Assembly: GCA_942492595.1 (NCBI GenBank)
Contig: CALOFK010000001.1
Span: 80,366-144,365 of the forward strand
DNA length: 64,000 nucleotides
Origin: an uncultured Marinilabiliaceae bacterium
Lineage (GTDB): Bacteria > Bacteroidota > Bacteroidia > Bacteroidales > VadinHA17
Reading direction: 5' to 3'
Program-made: the position numbers and the translations under genes
Shown: in pieces, positions 63,509-64,000 of the stretch
Layout of the letters: the number at the start of each line of letters is the position of its first letter
How positions within the stretch are numbered: position 1 is the stretch's first letter
Notes under the pieces: model-generated
Told to the model about the DNA's origin: nothing
Database searches by the model: none
What the model saw: only the letters and a program-made list of their open reading frames with translations

Positions 63509-63533
63509 AATTATTTATTTTAATAATTTATAA

Positions 63534-64000
63534 ATGTTAATTAAAGGAAATTTTATTGATGTTTTTAACAGGCAAATATTCCCTGCCAGAGTATTTGTTC
63601 GTAATGGCTTTATTGAAAAAATTGAACGCATAGAGGGAAGTTTGGATTCTTATATTTTGCCCGGATTTATAGATTCCCATGTGCATATAGAAAGCTCGAT
63701 GATGGTACCTTCCGAGTTTGCGAGAGCTGCTGTTGTACACGGTACTGTAGCTGTTGTTAGCGACCCACATGAAATTGCAAATGTTCTAGGTTTAAAGGGT
63801 ATAGATTTTATGATAGATAATGCTGCCAAGGTGCCTATGAAATTTTTCTTTGGTGCGCCATCCTGCGTTCCTGCAACAGATTTTGAAAGTAGTGGTGCAC
63901 GGATAGGCAGCAAAGAGATTGAGGCTTTGCTTGACAGAGATGATATTTATTACCTGTCAGAGCTAATGAATTACCCGGGTGTTCTTGCTTCAGATAAGGA
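63534..64000 (+). CDS. ade: Adenine deaminase, N-terminal part; 3'-truncated by the window edge (absent from the ORF track)
   Basis: Hand translation: MLIKGNFIDVFNRQIFPA...YILPGFIDSHVHIESSMMVP...HGTVAVVSDPHEIANVLG...GAPSCVPAT...LSELMNYPGV. Confidence 0.96.
   Translation, partial: MLIKGNFIDVFNRQIFPARVFVRNGFIEKIERIEGSLDSYILPGFIDSHVHIESSMMVPSEFARAAVVHGTVAVVSDPHEIANVLGLKGIDFMIDNAAKVPMKFFFGAPSCVPATDFESSGARIGSKEIEALLDRDDIYYLSELMNYPGVLASDK

Noticed and set aside
1-64000. CRISPR array, tRNA/rRNA, IS, integrase, prophage or recognisable riboswitch
   Set aside because: No regularly spaced 25-45-bp repeats, cloverleafs, transposase/integrase motifs or known riboswitch consensus were seen. Divergent ncRNAs cannot be excluded without an Infernal/Rfam scan.

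Overview
Chromosomal DNA from a Bacteroidota bacterium, probably Bacteroidales-like. The taxon call is an inference from TAnnTTTG-type promoter motifs, a CzcA-TolC fusion and the TPR-DUF4292-EnvC gene block. No rRNA, tRNA, CRISPR array, IS, integrase or phage gene was found. The left ~34 kb is accessory stress and metal biology: (i) an Rrf2-flanked RIC / DUF1858 / DUF438 / cupin / PepSY module; (ii) a CrtI-type FAD oxidoreductase fused to a GltD-like 2x[4Fe-4S] domain; (iii) an RND efflux operon between two two-component systems; (iv) a CzcA-TolC + CzcB metal pump; (v) an arsR-arsE-arsF-arsG-arsP-arsC-like cluster with a duplicated operator; (vi) an FNR-like-headed run encoding an acyl-CoA ligase, a ceramide-synthase-like GNAT protein and a second CrtI-like flavoprotein. 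The right ~30 kb is mostly housekeeping (pdxH, M16 peptidase, purF-like, hemW, rpiB, nadA, ruvB, pheS, PPIase, patatin, flippase, EnvC, ybeY, mnmG, ade). A 518-bp AT-rich gap between rpiB and nadA has clustered DnaA-box-like 9-mers and coincides with an apparent G/C skew switch, so it is a good oriC candidate; a perfect parS-type palindrome lies after mnmG. Two genes carry single-base frameshifts in homopolymers (M16 peptidase leader; RsbW-like kinase), which may be assembly errors. All family calls are from motif recognition by eye; no database search was run.
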